From: Setoptus koraiensis
Lineage: Eukaryota > Animalia > Arthropoda
Assembly (NCBI GenBank): GCA_048013815.1
Contig: CM106585.1
Coordinates: 16,368,001 to 16,432,000 of the forward strand
DNA length: 64,000 bases
Direction: 5' to 3'
The position numbers and the translations under genes were made by a program. Position 1 is the first letter of the stretch. Each line of letters begins with the position of its first letter. Of the stretch, positions 1 to 12,287 are shown piece after piece. A model generated the notes under the pieces. It did no database searches. It was not told the origin of the DNA and worked only from the letters and a program-made list of their open reading frames with translations.

Positions 1-660
1 ATGTGAAAACAAACACACACGCAAAATGTCTAGCTAGATGCTTTCTTGTACACTAGTGGTGTGTATCGCAATAGAAAGGTTGATTGCCGTCAGATCTAAC
101 GCAATTTTGTCAGAACCGAGAAAGAAGAGGGCACATATAATTTATCAGACCTTAGAGTTTTCCAATACATGGAAAAAGTTCTTCAATTACAATGTAAGCA
201 CTGAACAAAATCAGTCGGCAGTTTCTAGCCGACGCAAAGCTGTGGAAAGATCGAGAATGAACACTTGTATAATCCCGCCAAATTGTTGATGAATCAATGT
301 ATCAGCTCGATGCTCTTATCAAAGCATCCAAGATAACCTAAATAGATACATGATACCGACGCAATTGATCAGCTATCACCAACACAAAATGATATTCTCT
401 TTTATAGTACTTTATTCCTGATATATGTTTTACAAATTGTTGGTCACGCTAGATATACAATTGCTATCGAAAGTTACTTCTCCTTCTTCTTGAAACTCGG
501 TGAATGTCAAAGACTATTTTGGATATGGTTCATAATAATAAATAATAAATATGAGGATCTCTTATAATAAATTATGAGTCTCTACAAGATTGTGTTGTTG
601 TTTGTGCGCTTCCGTTCAGAACTCGACACTGTTAGGCCAGTGATGTCTACTGATGTAATA

Positions 661-1592
661 TTATATTTGGTTCTCTTGACATTGATATAATTTGGCACAA
701 TCTTCATTGTTTCTTCCACGATGTGTAGCTTGTGTGATCTTGTTTGTTCCGTCTCCTAGAAAATAACCTGAGGCATACCCGCCTACCTGAGCTATGACAG
801 CTCCAAAGTGTCGCCCATCTCTCACGGCGTCTCTACCGGCCTCGCATAGATATCTCTGACTGCATTCTTCATTGGCAGCCCTAAGCGACTTGACATAACC
901 CTGAAGCATGGAAACTCCGGCAGTGGCAACTTCATCCATTGTATCTTTGAGGCCTCTGCTCGATGCACTTCGTGCCTTTTGACTAAATGTGTTCTTTAAT
1001 AGTTCGAGAGCCTGTAACAATTAATTAGACAACACCAATTTATTAGTGGATTAGTAAGTGCTTAGACGAAAGATTTAATTGATAATGAAAACGAAGCGGG
1101 GTAAATAGAACCTACCTTGGACAGGATGTCCAATACCTGTTTTGAGGTACGGCTTAGCTCTTCGGTGTTGCCCCAAATCAAATGAATGATGTTCTTGACA
1201 AGGTTTTTTGGGGTGAAAAATTCCATCACTTGCTTCTTGTCTGTTTCGGTACGATATTTGCTACTGTCGATGTTGTTGTTATTCGCGGCTGATCTACCCT
1301 GACGTTCAACAGATTGGAATGCTGCAGAGGTCACTTGTTGAGCTATGGCAGCCACATTTTCTAGAAGTTGTTGATGTTTCGATTGTTGTTGTGGTTGTTG
1401 CTGACTTCCGGATGATGTAGTCGATAAAGCAACTTGCTGAGGAGGACTGCTCTGTTTTTCGCTGCTCTGACCTGGGGCCAATTGAATTTGTCCTGGCAAC
1501 GTAGTTACTGATGCTAGTGTCTGGCTTGCAACCAGTATCAAACAAAATGCGGCTCCCAAGAGAGACGTATTATACATGATGATTTGTTGCAT
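661..1592 (-). CDS. Secreted DM4/DM12-family-like protein, 2 exons: complement(join(661..1011,1116..1592)); start could be 1577
   Basis: Hydrophobic signal-like N-terminus (SLLGAAFCLILVASQTLA) and Q-rich linker. GTAGGT..ACAG intron 1012-1115 in phase 0. C-terminal CSQRYLCEAG...GRNNEDCAKLYQC Cys pattern typical of DM4_12 proteins. Confidence 0.65.
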
Positions 1593-3555
1593 AGCTTTGT
1601 TGCTTTTGTGCAAATATTGCCTCTCTGACGTTATTATAAACAACGATAGATTGATGAAGGGGTATTAATGACAATGCAGTTGAATTATTGATTAAAATCA
1701 CAACGGATAACAGTCTGCAACAATAATAAACAGCTCAAACAACAATTGATGTTGTCAATTGGAAGATACAATTGTTAATGATGGTACGAAGATGGTTCAA
1801 CTTACTATGATGGCGAATGACGGACGATAGAGTTCAAGTTACGGAAAACAAGCGTAAACTTGAGCTGTAACGGTGTTGCATAAGCGTTGCGACGCCTTGT
1901 AAGATATTTTTCAAGTGTTTGAAGTGTTTTTTGTTTGCAGTCTAATTATGGAATGATTTTGGAGTAGTACAAGAAGTCGCCAGATAAGAAGTATCACTGG
2001 AAGATGACAATAACTCTTGAAATTGTTGTCCCTTGAACGTTCGTTGCAATAGCTGGCTATCTGCAAAGTTAACAAGCTAGACAAGGTTCTTTTTTGTGGA
2101 GAGAGGTGGTCACTAATTAAAAAGTTTTGCCAGCCTTCGCTCTGTATTAGCGCAACTAATTATATAAAGCCAATGATGGTGTAACCGCTTCCTATTTGTT
2201 ATAATCTTCTTTACTTTGAACTTGAGTAGTGGATATCATGTGGCATCCTACGCTGTGTGTCTGTTGTTGATTCGCAAACAGGTAGTTGAGGACGAAGGCA
2301 TGTATAGACGGAGATCCTTAGTACATAGACACACACACACAACCTGATCTTGAGATAAAGCACTAATGATGATTCTTCGAGTGGCAAACTAGAGAAAGAA
2401 TAAAAAACTGGAGGTATCGATGTGAATCAATGTATACTAACTAATGGTCAAGACTGTTGCTGGTCGTCAACATATATTATTGTACATATGCTACCTTTGT
2501 CACTTTTCGATACTAAGCTATCTTTTGGCAAGCTCAGGCTATATACGAGGAGTTGTTATCCTCTCGATTTAAACGAGGGAAAAGAGAGATTTTTTTTCCT
2601 TCTGATTCTGCACCACTCCACTGTGTGTTTCTTTCTTTCTATATATTTTGGCGGTGTTCTCAAGTAGTGTCCGCTACTACGACAATAACGGCATCCTTAC
2701 TCATTTGACCATGAAGTGGATCAAGTTTGGGCAGAGCTAGCCAGCCGGCTGGCCAGTTGCAGCGAATAACAACAACAACAACAACAACTTGTTTCTGGCA
2801 TCGTTGTGGTAGAGTTCTATTTTGGTTGTTGTTCGCATCGAGTAGACTATTCAGTGGAATCAGTCTTCAGTTATTACTCGAAGCTAGCACTTGTCTTGCC
2901 TCACTAAACAACAACTCTTTGTATGGCAATCGCACTACTATCATCTATCATGCTACAGAGGGCACCAATCATCTTTCGGCCGGCAGAAAAAATAGTAGCG
3001 GAATAGGAGGTAGTAGTGGTGGTAGAGGGGGTAGCAGTGGTAGTAGTCGTGGTGTTAGTTGTTTTACTGGTCAAAATCAGCGCCATCGCTCCATTCTTTT
3101 AACGGTACAACCTGTTGTTGATAGGAGCTTTGAACACATGGAACAACAACAGCATATCAGTTGTTGCCCGAAACACTGTTGTTTAGATGACCATTCCGAA
3201 GCTATTCTGGGCATGATTCCAATGACGCTGCCACTAGAGAGAACAGGCGGAGAGATACAAGAGGCTGGACAATTCTTCTTGAGAATTGGGCGCCTGTCTG
3301 ATGCCATGTTAAACTAGGCGAAATTTGTTCCCCATGATTTGACTATTTCTCGCTCTCTTGACACCAAAAATTTTTGATTCTCTAGCATCCCTTTTACGCA
3401 TGGTCTCCAATAGAATTCACTTGCAACAGTGTGTATTCCTGTCTTTGTGTGCTTATCAAGACAATCATGAGTGGTTGCGTAAGATGGAGCATATGTAAAG
3501 CGATGACCAAGTTTTATTCTCCTGTCCAGACATTCTCAACCTACATACAAGTTTT

Positions 3556-3674
<119 letters not shown>

Positions 3675-4818
3675 CCCTACATTGCCAATAACAGAGAACT
3701 CAATGCAGATGTAGAACGATATTATGACTAATATAGCCTAGTACCACCGCTGCGAGTAATACAATATATATATATATATATCTTGTTTCATGTCATCTAA
3801 TGAAATGATTACAGGTAAAAGCAGCACCATTGTGACACATTCAGCTCTTACAATCGGCTCCACAAAAGTGGTCCTGATCAGTCCGGCCATCACCGTTTGC
3901 TTGTTGGCGGTCATCTGTCCCTCAAATCTCAGCAATCTGGTCACACAAGCATACACTTACAGGAGAATATGTCACCGTTATTGCACCGGTAAAGATCTCC
4001 GCTCTCACAAGAATGCTAGTGGTCATCGTCTAATGTATACAACTGTAGTTCAAACTAATAACGATGACAGCATCAACAACAACAATCTTAGCGGTCTCGC
4101 CTGATGCGATAACTAGCCACTTGATATATACTCACGTACGTGTGCTCATATGTTTCTCAAAATTTCGTCATGACCAGTGAATGAGGGACCTGATCACCCG
4201 TTTGTTTGATCCAATAGAGCGTCAAGTATCCAGTTCCATGCGCTAAATCAGGAGAACTAACTACTCGATCGACAGTCAAAAGAGAACATAAAATAATGAT
4301 AAAATGCATGTTCTCGCTTCTCTGAAATCCTTCGTGCTCCATCGCAAATCATTGGCAGTAGAGTTGCTCTGTCTGTTTTACGTCACGAATAGCAACTCGC
4401 ATGAATAGTCTCAGCAAACATAACGGCGACTAATCATTTCTGCTCCCAGATGAGTCGAAATTGCAAGCCATGAGAAAGCTCGTATCTATGACCTGGTTAT
4501 TCAAACATTTAATGTGCAATTCGAGCGTTCACTTCGACCCACATTACCATAAATTGTATACCATGAACGAGATAAACAATAGTTACAATCTGCCAAGTCC
4601 ACAAGAGAAACACAACTAAAATCATAGCTGATGATTTGTTGCTGTGTGGCTCTGTTGCTATCAATTCAAATTCGCTTGCTGAATAAAACTTTGTTCTGGA
4701 ACAATGATCAATATAACAATTAAATGGGACCTAAGAACATGATTCAATGATGGTAACTATTTTTGTCTTTAAGGTAAAATATACATTTTTATATGATAGA
4801 ATTTTTAATTTTTTAATT

Positions 4819-5820
4819 TCATTCTCTCTGTTGTACAGAAGATTTTAAACTATCATATTCGGGAAACCCGAGAACTTTGATTGACCCACTATCGCGGTAA
4901 TCTTTATGATCTGTGGCAAAAGCCAATATATATTGTTTGGGATGAAAGTCTAACGCTAGGGTGGAATTTTTGACATCCCATTGGGCAGCGGTCTTACCCG
5001 ACCTGACATCGGCGATATCAATAAAAGTGTCTTCAGAACCTGACGCGAGAAATTTACTATCATGACTGAAACTGATAGCTCTCACTGGCCATTCAGGCCT
5101 GGTAATAGTTCTTATACAGGCCAGATTCTCACTATCCCAAATGGACGCTGTAGCGTCGTTGGAGCCAACTGCAAATAGTCTACCTGATGAATCGAATTGT
5201 ATACACATACATGGTCCGGAATGAGCATCTATAACAAGTTGAGATTCTAGATCTGGGTAACTTAATACATGAATATTTCCTTCTCCTGAGGTGAGAAAGA
5301 AGAGATCATTGTCATGGTTCCAAGTTATTTCATTGACTTCAAATTTAAAATGTTGATCTTTTTTCACTTTGTGACTTCTAACATCTATGAAAGAGACATT
5401 ATCTTCTCTATCCGCAACAGCTATAGTTTGACCATCGTATGACCAACAAACAGATATATTTTCTCCTAATAAGTGTATAGTTGCGCACGAACGAGCATTC
5501 CTAGCATCCCAAACTTTCACTGTTTTGTCTAAACTTGCAGTGGCGAACAAATTTTCATTTCTTTGATGCCAACAAAGTTGATCTATGGAACCTCTGTGTT
5601 CTTCATAAGCGCGATCTAGCTCTAGCGAACCTCTCGATGTGTCGACCAAGAACAGACGTGCTGATTTATCGGCTCCCCCGGAGGCTAGCCTTGATCCATC
5701 AATATTCCATTTCACAGAGTGTACCTTTGATTGATGAGCCGGTAAAGTCAACTCGTGACTCCTTTCAAATCGTGACTCTATAATAGTGTTGTATCTTACT
5801 TTGGTATCAAACTTTGACAT
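4819..5820 (-). CDS. THOC3: THO complex subunit 3 (TEX1), WD40 protein, intronless
   Basis: 333-aa WD40 ORF with VHSVKW...LASG, IDQLCWH, FEVNEITW and WPVRAISFSHDSKFLASGSED segments characteristic of THOC3. Confidence 0.93.
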   Translation of the reverse strand: MSKFDTKVRYNTIIESRFERSHELTLPAHQSKVHSVKWNIDGSRLASGGADKSARLFLVDTSRGSLELDRAYEEHRGSIDQLCWHQRNENLFATASLDKTVKVWDARNARSCATIHLLGENISVCWSYDGQTIAVADREDNVSFIDVRSHKVKKDQHFKFEVNEITWNHDNDLFFLTSGEGNIHVLSYPDLESQLVIDAHSGPCMCIQFDSSGRLFAVGSNDATASIWDSENLACIRTITRPEWPVRAISFSHDSKFLASGSEDTFIDIADVRSGKTAAQWDVKNSTLALDFHPKQYILAFATDHKDYRDSGSIKVLGFPEYDSLKSSVQQRE

Positions 5821-6019
5821 TCTGTGTTACTGAAAAATTCTGTAAATTAACATAAGGATATAATAATAAAATTGAGTATCTGAGTGAGGAAATATACTCT
5901 CTAGTTGTAAATGATGAAAATTTTATATTAGAGCAGATGAAACGAGAATGTGCAAATAATTTTCTTTTTTCACGCACGTACACTCACCCGAGACCGCGGG
6001 AATTTTGAATTCCTTTTTT

Positions 6020-6745
6020 TCAAGTTGATTTGCTTTTTAGAGGGAATTTTTTCACCGATTGAGTTATGGACTGTTTACAATTGGTGGCTTTTTGGATGGC
6101 TCTGAGGTCATCGTTGATATCTTTATCGTCAAGTTGATGATTTAATTGAGCAGGTGAAGTCCGTCTTCGTTTATCTGGCACAGGTATAGGCTCGTTTGGT
6201 CTACGTCTAAGTTTTCTTGTTGTCACAGGCTTGGGTTCAGCAGAGTCAGACAACAGTTCTAGTGACGTGCGTTCACTTTCCACTGTCTTTCTCCTATCTT
6301 CGAGATCTACAATCAAATTTTCTCTTAATTCAATAGTTCTATCTTCGTATTCTTTGAAGGCGGCACTCTTCTCATTAATAAATTCTCTCTCTACCCGTTC
6401 CTCCTCATAGGTTTTGAAGACTTGATTCAATAATAGACGGTCCTGGTGTACTGCTTCCACTATTTTCAGTTGCTTAACAAATTCTGGGTGTATACCGTCT
6501 TCGAGTTGCATTAATTGATCTTTGAGATTTTGCAACTTATCTAAATACATTTGATCTTTGATTTCGGTATAATCGTATTCATTGTATGTGTATTCGTAAT
6601 GTGGCAATTCAGATTCAGATGCATCCTCCGTATCCTCGTCAGAGTCATACGTCTGATGATCATCATAGTAGCAATATGCTGGTAGTTGGCGATGATAGTT
6701 CATGTTGATATTGTTTCTTTCGTCAATATTTCGTATTTTATCCAT
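6020..6745 (-). CDS. SUDS3: Sin3/HDAC corepressor subunit SDS3
   Basis: EDTEDASE, EIKDQMYLDKL and TRKLRRRPNEPIPVPDKRRR match SUDS3. First ATG at 6745; the ORF-track start at 6790 is GTG. Confidence 0.9.
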   Translation of the reverse strand: MDKIRNIDERNNINMNYHRQLPAYCYYDDHQTYDSDEDTEDASESELPHYEYTYNEYDYTEIKDQMYLDKLQNLKDQLMQLEDGIHPEFVKQLKIVEAVHQDRLLLNQVFKTYEEERVEREFINEKSAAFKEYEDRTIELRENLIVDLEDRRKTVESERTSLELLSDSAEPKPVTTRKLRRRPNEPIPVPDKRRRTSPAQLNHQLDDKDINDDLRAIQKATNCKQSITQSVKKFPLKSKST

Positions 6746-7294
6746 AATAAATCGTTGATTTGCTGAATTTCTATGGACATTGTATAGCACTGAAGGTATT
6801 TAGTCTAGGTTTTTCAACAAACAAAACCATTCAACACTGATCATATGAGACTCTTTTTCTCCTGTTCAATATTTGCGCACAAAAGGTTTGGTGTCTGGCA
6901 CAGTAAATCCAGTCTTTTGTCAGACAGTGGGAGTAGATCGTAGGTTGGAAACGCACTCCCACTATCCCATATCTCCCTAGTTCTCCGTCTGTCTCCCAAA
7001 TCTCCCACAAAGCTGAGAGAAAACTCAGCTGACCACCATAAGAAATTTTCAAAAACGTGACCGATTTTGCAACAGATAGTGTGACCGGTACTGTATTGTA
7101 ATCGATTTCTCCATTTTGAATTAGAATAGAATTAGTAAAGAAGAAGACTAGGCGAATGTAACACAGCATAGCCGAAGTAAAAGATATACATCCTTTTTGC
7201 CAAGTTTCTAGGAAATCGTGCAATCGCAAATTGCCAAATCGCTATATTCTTATTACCTAATATTATCAGAATATTTCTTTTTTGACACACAGAG

Positions 7295-10200
7295 ATGTCG
7301 GCAGTTGTCAGCCAAGACTATGAAATAGTATGCAAGGTCACTGTAGATGGTGACATACCAGTGACAAAATACAAGAATAAAATTACTGGTGAGTGATATG
7401 CTATACCTCATCACTCCATAAATATTATATTAAATACCTATTATAACTGATATTTTTATATCTCCTCTGACTTGTACTCATACATACAATACATATCGAT
7501 CTAGGTCTTACCGTGGTTGTGGTTTATGCTGAATCGCCAATAGTTAAGGGCGATCTAACGATAGCCACTGAGGCGTTCGATGATGATGGTCTGCCACATA
7601 CACTCGAACACTTGGTCTTCATGGGCAGTGAAGATTATCCGTACAAGGGTGTGTTGGATATGCTCGCCAACAAATGCCTGGCCGACGGCACCAATGCTTA
7701 CACAGACACCGACCATACCAACTATACTTTAAGTACTGCTGGCAGCGATGGCTTTTTGAATCTATTGCCAATATATCTGGATCATGTACTCTTCCCAACT
7801 TTGACAGATACAGCCTATCTGACTGAGGTTCATCATGTCAACGGGAATGGAGAGGATGCTGGTATTGTATACTGTGAGATGCAAGCCACAGAAAATAACG
7901 GTGAAACTCTTTGCTATATGGAACTATTACGAGAGTTGTACCCAGGAAAATGCGGTTACAAATCCAACACTGGAGGTCTCATGGAAAATCTTCGTAACTC
8001 AACAAGTAATGTCAAAGTTAGAAACTACCACAAAGAATTTTATCACGCGAGGAACCTCTGCGTTATTGTCACCGGCCCTGTCGAGGCAGACGAGATATTC
8101 AAACATATTAAACCCATAGAAGATAAGATAGTACTAAAAGGTGATCATCTCAACGCACGTGTCAGGCCCTGGCAAAGTCCTGTGAGTCCGTTAGCCGAAT
8201 CAATATCGAAAAGAATACCGTATCCTAGCGATACTGACGATGACGGTCTTGTTTATATTGGTTGGAGAGGACCGAACGCAGTTAAGGACTATCCAAGTTT
8301 AGTGGCGATTTCATTGCTCTTAGACTATCTCAACGATACAGCGATAGCGCCTATTCAGAGAGACTTCGTTGAATGTGAAGACCCTCATTGCAGTTCAGTT
8401 TGCCAATCTATTATTGAAAACTCGACCTCCTGCTTCTATTTCTCATTCGAAAGTGTCAAGAAGGAACGACTGAATGAATGTCAAGATAAACTATTCAAGC
8501 TTCTAGCAGACATAGCCAACAAAGAAGAAAGTTTCAACATGGAAAGAATGAAAACTATAATCGGCCGTAGAATTGTTAGAATTTTATCAACGGCCGAAAC
8601 TTCGCCTCATTCCGCCGCGATAGGTGCTATCATTGGAGATTTTTTGTACGGCGATCAAGTTGCAGATCTTGAAATCCGTTGTAAAGAGATCGAACAATTG
8701 AAAAAATACCAATTAAAAGACGAAGATTTCTGGTTGACACTGATAAAAGACTACTTAATTGGTCCTTCAGCGAAATCAGCTTGTATCATTGGCGAGCCAT
8801 CACCTTCTCTAATGAAGTCCATGGCAGCAGATGAAGAGGCAAGGCTACTGAGCCAGAAAACTAAACTGGGAGGTGAATTATCCAACATTGGGCAGAATCT
8901 GAAGGACGCAATCAAAACTAATGAAATTCCGCCACCAATTTCAATGTTGACTTCCGTCAAGGTCCCGTCCATCGAAAGAATACGGTTTCACACCATCGAC
9001 AGACATATCGATGATGATGGAAGAATCGGTTGTATGTTTCTTCACGACAGTATAAAAACCAACTTCATCTACATAAGGGTGTTATTGGATTCATCGCTCT
9101 CATTGACTAAGAAAGAAAGGCTCTATTTACCTATTCTCTCTGAGCTTCTACTCGAAAGCCCAATCATGCGTGAAGGAAAACTCATACCTTATGAACAGAT
9201 TGTAGCCGAGTTATTTTCTGACACTATACTCACTCGAGTTGGTCTAGGGGTTGGAGGATCTCTCGAGGGCTTAGGGGCGCTAGGAATGCTATTTGGCGTT
9301 ATTATGGGTGTTGAAATAGAGAAGTACAACAAGGCCGTCCAATGGTATAAAGAGCTTCTATTCGATACCGTTTTCACTCCGGAACGTGTGAAAACCATTG
9401 CGACCCGTATGGCTAGCGATATTCAGCAATCCAAAAGAAAAGGACCCAAAGTAGCCTCTTGCGCAATGACAGCTATGATCTATCAATCCGATTCCAATCA
9501 ATGGGCAATAAATTTCGCTAGGCAGCAAAGATTTCTGAAACAACTCGTTAAGAATCTTAGTAAGAACACTGAGGGTGATGTAATCAACGAGCTAATAGCC
9601 GTAAGAAATAAGCTTTTGCAGCCCAACAATTTAATAATCCACTTGAGTCTAAATCAAGAAAAAATTAAAGACAAAGTAGATGATATTTACCGTCCATGGA
9701 ATGATTTGTTCATGAGCAATTTCCCTGATGCTGGTGCCAACTCGAAGATTGATTTGACAAAAATCAAGATGTCCAACGAATTAATCCAATTCGTGCCAGA
9801 CCCAAAAGCCACCATCATTGGTGTAGGTTCAGTAGAGAGCAATTATCTACAACAGGTAATCAAATCTATTGACTCTCCTGAACATCCTGATCTAGCAGCT
9901 GTATATGTTCTGTTGCAATACTTGACTCAACTCGAGGGTCCTTTGTGGCGTCATGTGAGAGGGTCAGGTCTTTCATATAATTACGATATCAGACTATCGG
10001 TGTCATCTGGAATACTGATGTTTGTGTTATCCAAGTCAACTCATGTTGTGGATGCTTATAAGAAGGTGGCGGAAATAGTTAATCTCTATATTGATGGCAA
10101 GGAGGATTTCGATGACTCATTATTAGAATCAGCTAAATCTGTTTCAATATTTGAATTCATCTCTACAGAGAAAAGCGCCGTTGGTAAATCAGCTCAAAGT

Positions 10201-10461
10201 TTGGAATGCCTTCTACGAAATATCGACATAGAGTATAACAAAAAAATCATTGAAAAAGTCTCAGAAGTGACAAAAGAAGACTTAAAAAGGGTAGCTCCTC
10301 TTCATCTGAAACCACTCTTTGAAAATTTGAAAGAGTGCAGAAATGTTATTTGTTGCAACACCGCCAAAGTAGAAGAAATCCAGAGAGGATTGAAGGATAT
10401 TCACCCCCAACTGGCTAAAATCAGTTTGGATGAGACAGAATTCATAAGTTCTCTAGAATAA
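7295..10461 (+). CDS. M16 (insulinase-family) zinc metallopeptidase, C05D11.1-like: join(7295..7388,7505..10461)
   Basis: Inverted zinc motif HTLEH (GLPHTLEHLVFMGS), NAYT motif and GIVYCEM. GTGAGT..CTAG phase-1 intron 7389-7504 links a 31-codon ATG exon in frame. Confidence 0.9.
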
Positions 10462-10566
10462 TTATCTTCACCGCCCGTAATAAATAAATAAACCACTTCT
10501 AGTTTCACGGAAATTTATCTTTTTGATGAAACACGATGGATTGATTGAACACTTTGAATGGATGAT

Positions 10567-11568
10567 TCACAAGCAAGGATTCGCAGATATTGGAAACTTA
10601 GCTTCGCTACAAGATTCAGAGTCATCTGACTTTCGTATCTTGAACATCCTTCCGTTGCGACAAATACATATCTGGTATAGACTGAGGAGCGACTCCATCG
10701 TGCTCCTAGACAATTGTGAATTGGTACTTCTTTGAGAATTGAATGGTATCAGGGGTAATTTTATCCCTTTTTGTGAATTGAACAAAATTTCCGAGTCTCT
10801 CGAGTAGATTCTTATATGGTTGGAATGTAACTCTGTTTTAGTTCCAAATGTCTTGACTCCCAAGTTGCCACTGAGCACTAAAGAAGAGTTTGACTCTATG
10901 TTGAGATCGGTGAAAGTTGGAGATCTGATAATTTTGACTTGTCTGATGCCATTTGGTGAATTTAGCGAATTTAAACCAGGTGATATGTTGGCAGAGTCTA
11001 GTGCTTTGGGTGACAGTAAATCAATTGATTTCCTGGAGCTTTCATCAATCATGATTAGGTTCTTGCCTCGCATGATCAATTGATCATCTATTATTGATAT
11101 GCTAGCGCCAAGATCTTTACTGACATCGCTTGATGAAGCGCTAAAATCTGAATTGCCATGACTTCTGTCCAAAGCTGATCTTGTCACAGGATGTAAATAA
11201 TTCAAAGTCATCGTTATAGATAAACATAATATCCAATGAGAAAACAAAATCATTACAAACAATATTATCATTGAATGGCACTTACCTCTAACTTTGCCAG
11301 ACACAAATACCTTATCTAAAAAGATATCTTGGTGCATTGTCAATTCATCAGTGTCACGTAGCATATCAAAAATATAATCGCCAGGAGTGAGGCCTAGCTT
11401 AAAGACTAGGAAAAAGAATCCTATACTTGTGAGCAACGCCACTATGAAACCGATGCTTAAAATAACTATGAGGGATATTGTCATACAATTGTGGCCATCA
11501 GGAAATATGTTCTTTCTAGAGTGTCTAGGTGCCCCCAGCAACATGGATTTGGCTGCAAGTTGATCCAT
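10567..11568 (-). CDS. SGCB: Beta-sarcoglycan-like type II membrane protein; probable in-frame intron 11175-11285
   Basis: N-terminal TM helix, LVLSGNLGV segment and C-terminal CICRNGRMFK...C...NPC Cys cluster as in beta-sarcoglycan. Confidence 0.7.
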   Translation of the reverse strand: MDQLAAKSMLLGAPRHSRKNIFPDGHNCMTISLIVILSIGFIVALLTSIGFFFLVFKLGLTPGDYIFDMLRDTDELTMHQDIFLDKVFVSGKVRGKCHSMIILFVMILFSHWILCLSITMTLNYLHPVTRSALDRSHGNSDFSASSSDVSKDLGASISIIDDQLIMRGKNLIMIDESSRKSIDLLSPKALDSANISPGLNSLNSPNGIRQVKIIRSPTFTDLNIESNSSLVLSGNLGVKTFGTKTELHSNHIRIYSRDSEILFNSQKGIKLPLIPFNSQRSTNSQLSRSTMESLLSLYQICICRNGRMFKIRKSDDSESCSEAKFPISANPCL

Positions 11569-11698
11569 GTTCGAATATATCCGTTATTGAATACTTTGAT
11601 AACTTATATGGGTATCGAACTCACCTGACAAATATTATTATCAAACATAAACAGGGGGCATTTTCTCGACTATTTTTTTTTTCTATCCTGCTTGGCCA

Positions 11699-12287
11699 TC
11701 ACGCAATGGGGGCATCTGTATTGCTAATACGATTGCGCACAAGCTTCTTGGGATCGTATAACGGAGCCTTGTTGTATGATGGCCAAGTTGTGAGCCTCGG
11801 TAAAGAAACCTCAGCTCAGGAGGTAGTTAAGAGATCAACAGCAGGGAAGAAAGCAGATTTCGTTGGAAACAGTGGTGGTTTTTTCTCTCTCTCTTTCTCT
11901 CATGAGAACAAAATTGATATTGTTTATTATTATTATTCAAATCAAAAATTGGTCTTTGCAGTGATATTGTGCCACAGTTTACAGTTTATCCTTCCTTTCG
12001 CGGTGGTTCTTTTCTGTATTTTTGAATTTGGTCACCAATTTTCTGGTGTCACCTCCTGGGTCGTTTCTGTTTGTGTTCATTTCGCTCTCTTTTTTGCTAC
12101 GTCCCTTGCCTGGTTGTTTAAGGAGAATCAAACAATAAAATAGTGACGTCAAGATGATTTGTTGTGGACTATGCGTATAGTACGGAAAGGGTTGTAGGGA
12201 TGGTAGAGGGATGTTAGACTTACCTGAGCCGGGATTAATGTACTTTTCTTGGTCGACATTGTACTCAAAATCTTCAGCGCGTTCCAT
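11699..12287 (-). CDS. Candidate 59-aa two-exon microprotein: complement(join(11699..11814,12224..12287))
   Basis: ATG exon ending in perfect CAG|GTAAGT. Downstream pyrimidine tract and CTTAAC branch-like motif, but the acceptor is the rare GAG. Product unrecognised. Confidence 0.35.

Noticed and set aside
38-570. GPCR-like fragments (VCIAIERLIAV; hydrophobic frame near 360-560)
   Set aside because: Only one DRY-like motif, frames broken by stops, no coherent 7TM pattern, and window-edge context is missing.
2727-3317. Overlapping ORFs on both strands (Cys-rich 76 aa, Thr-rich 60 aa, 196 aa)
   Set aside because: No recognisable domain; open frames are explained by low-complexity trinucleotide sequence.
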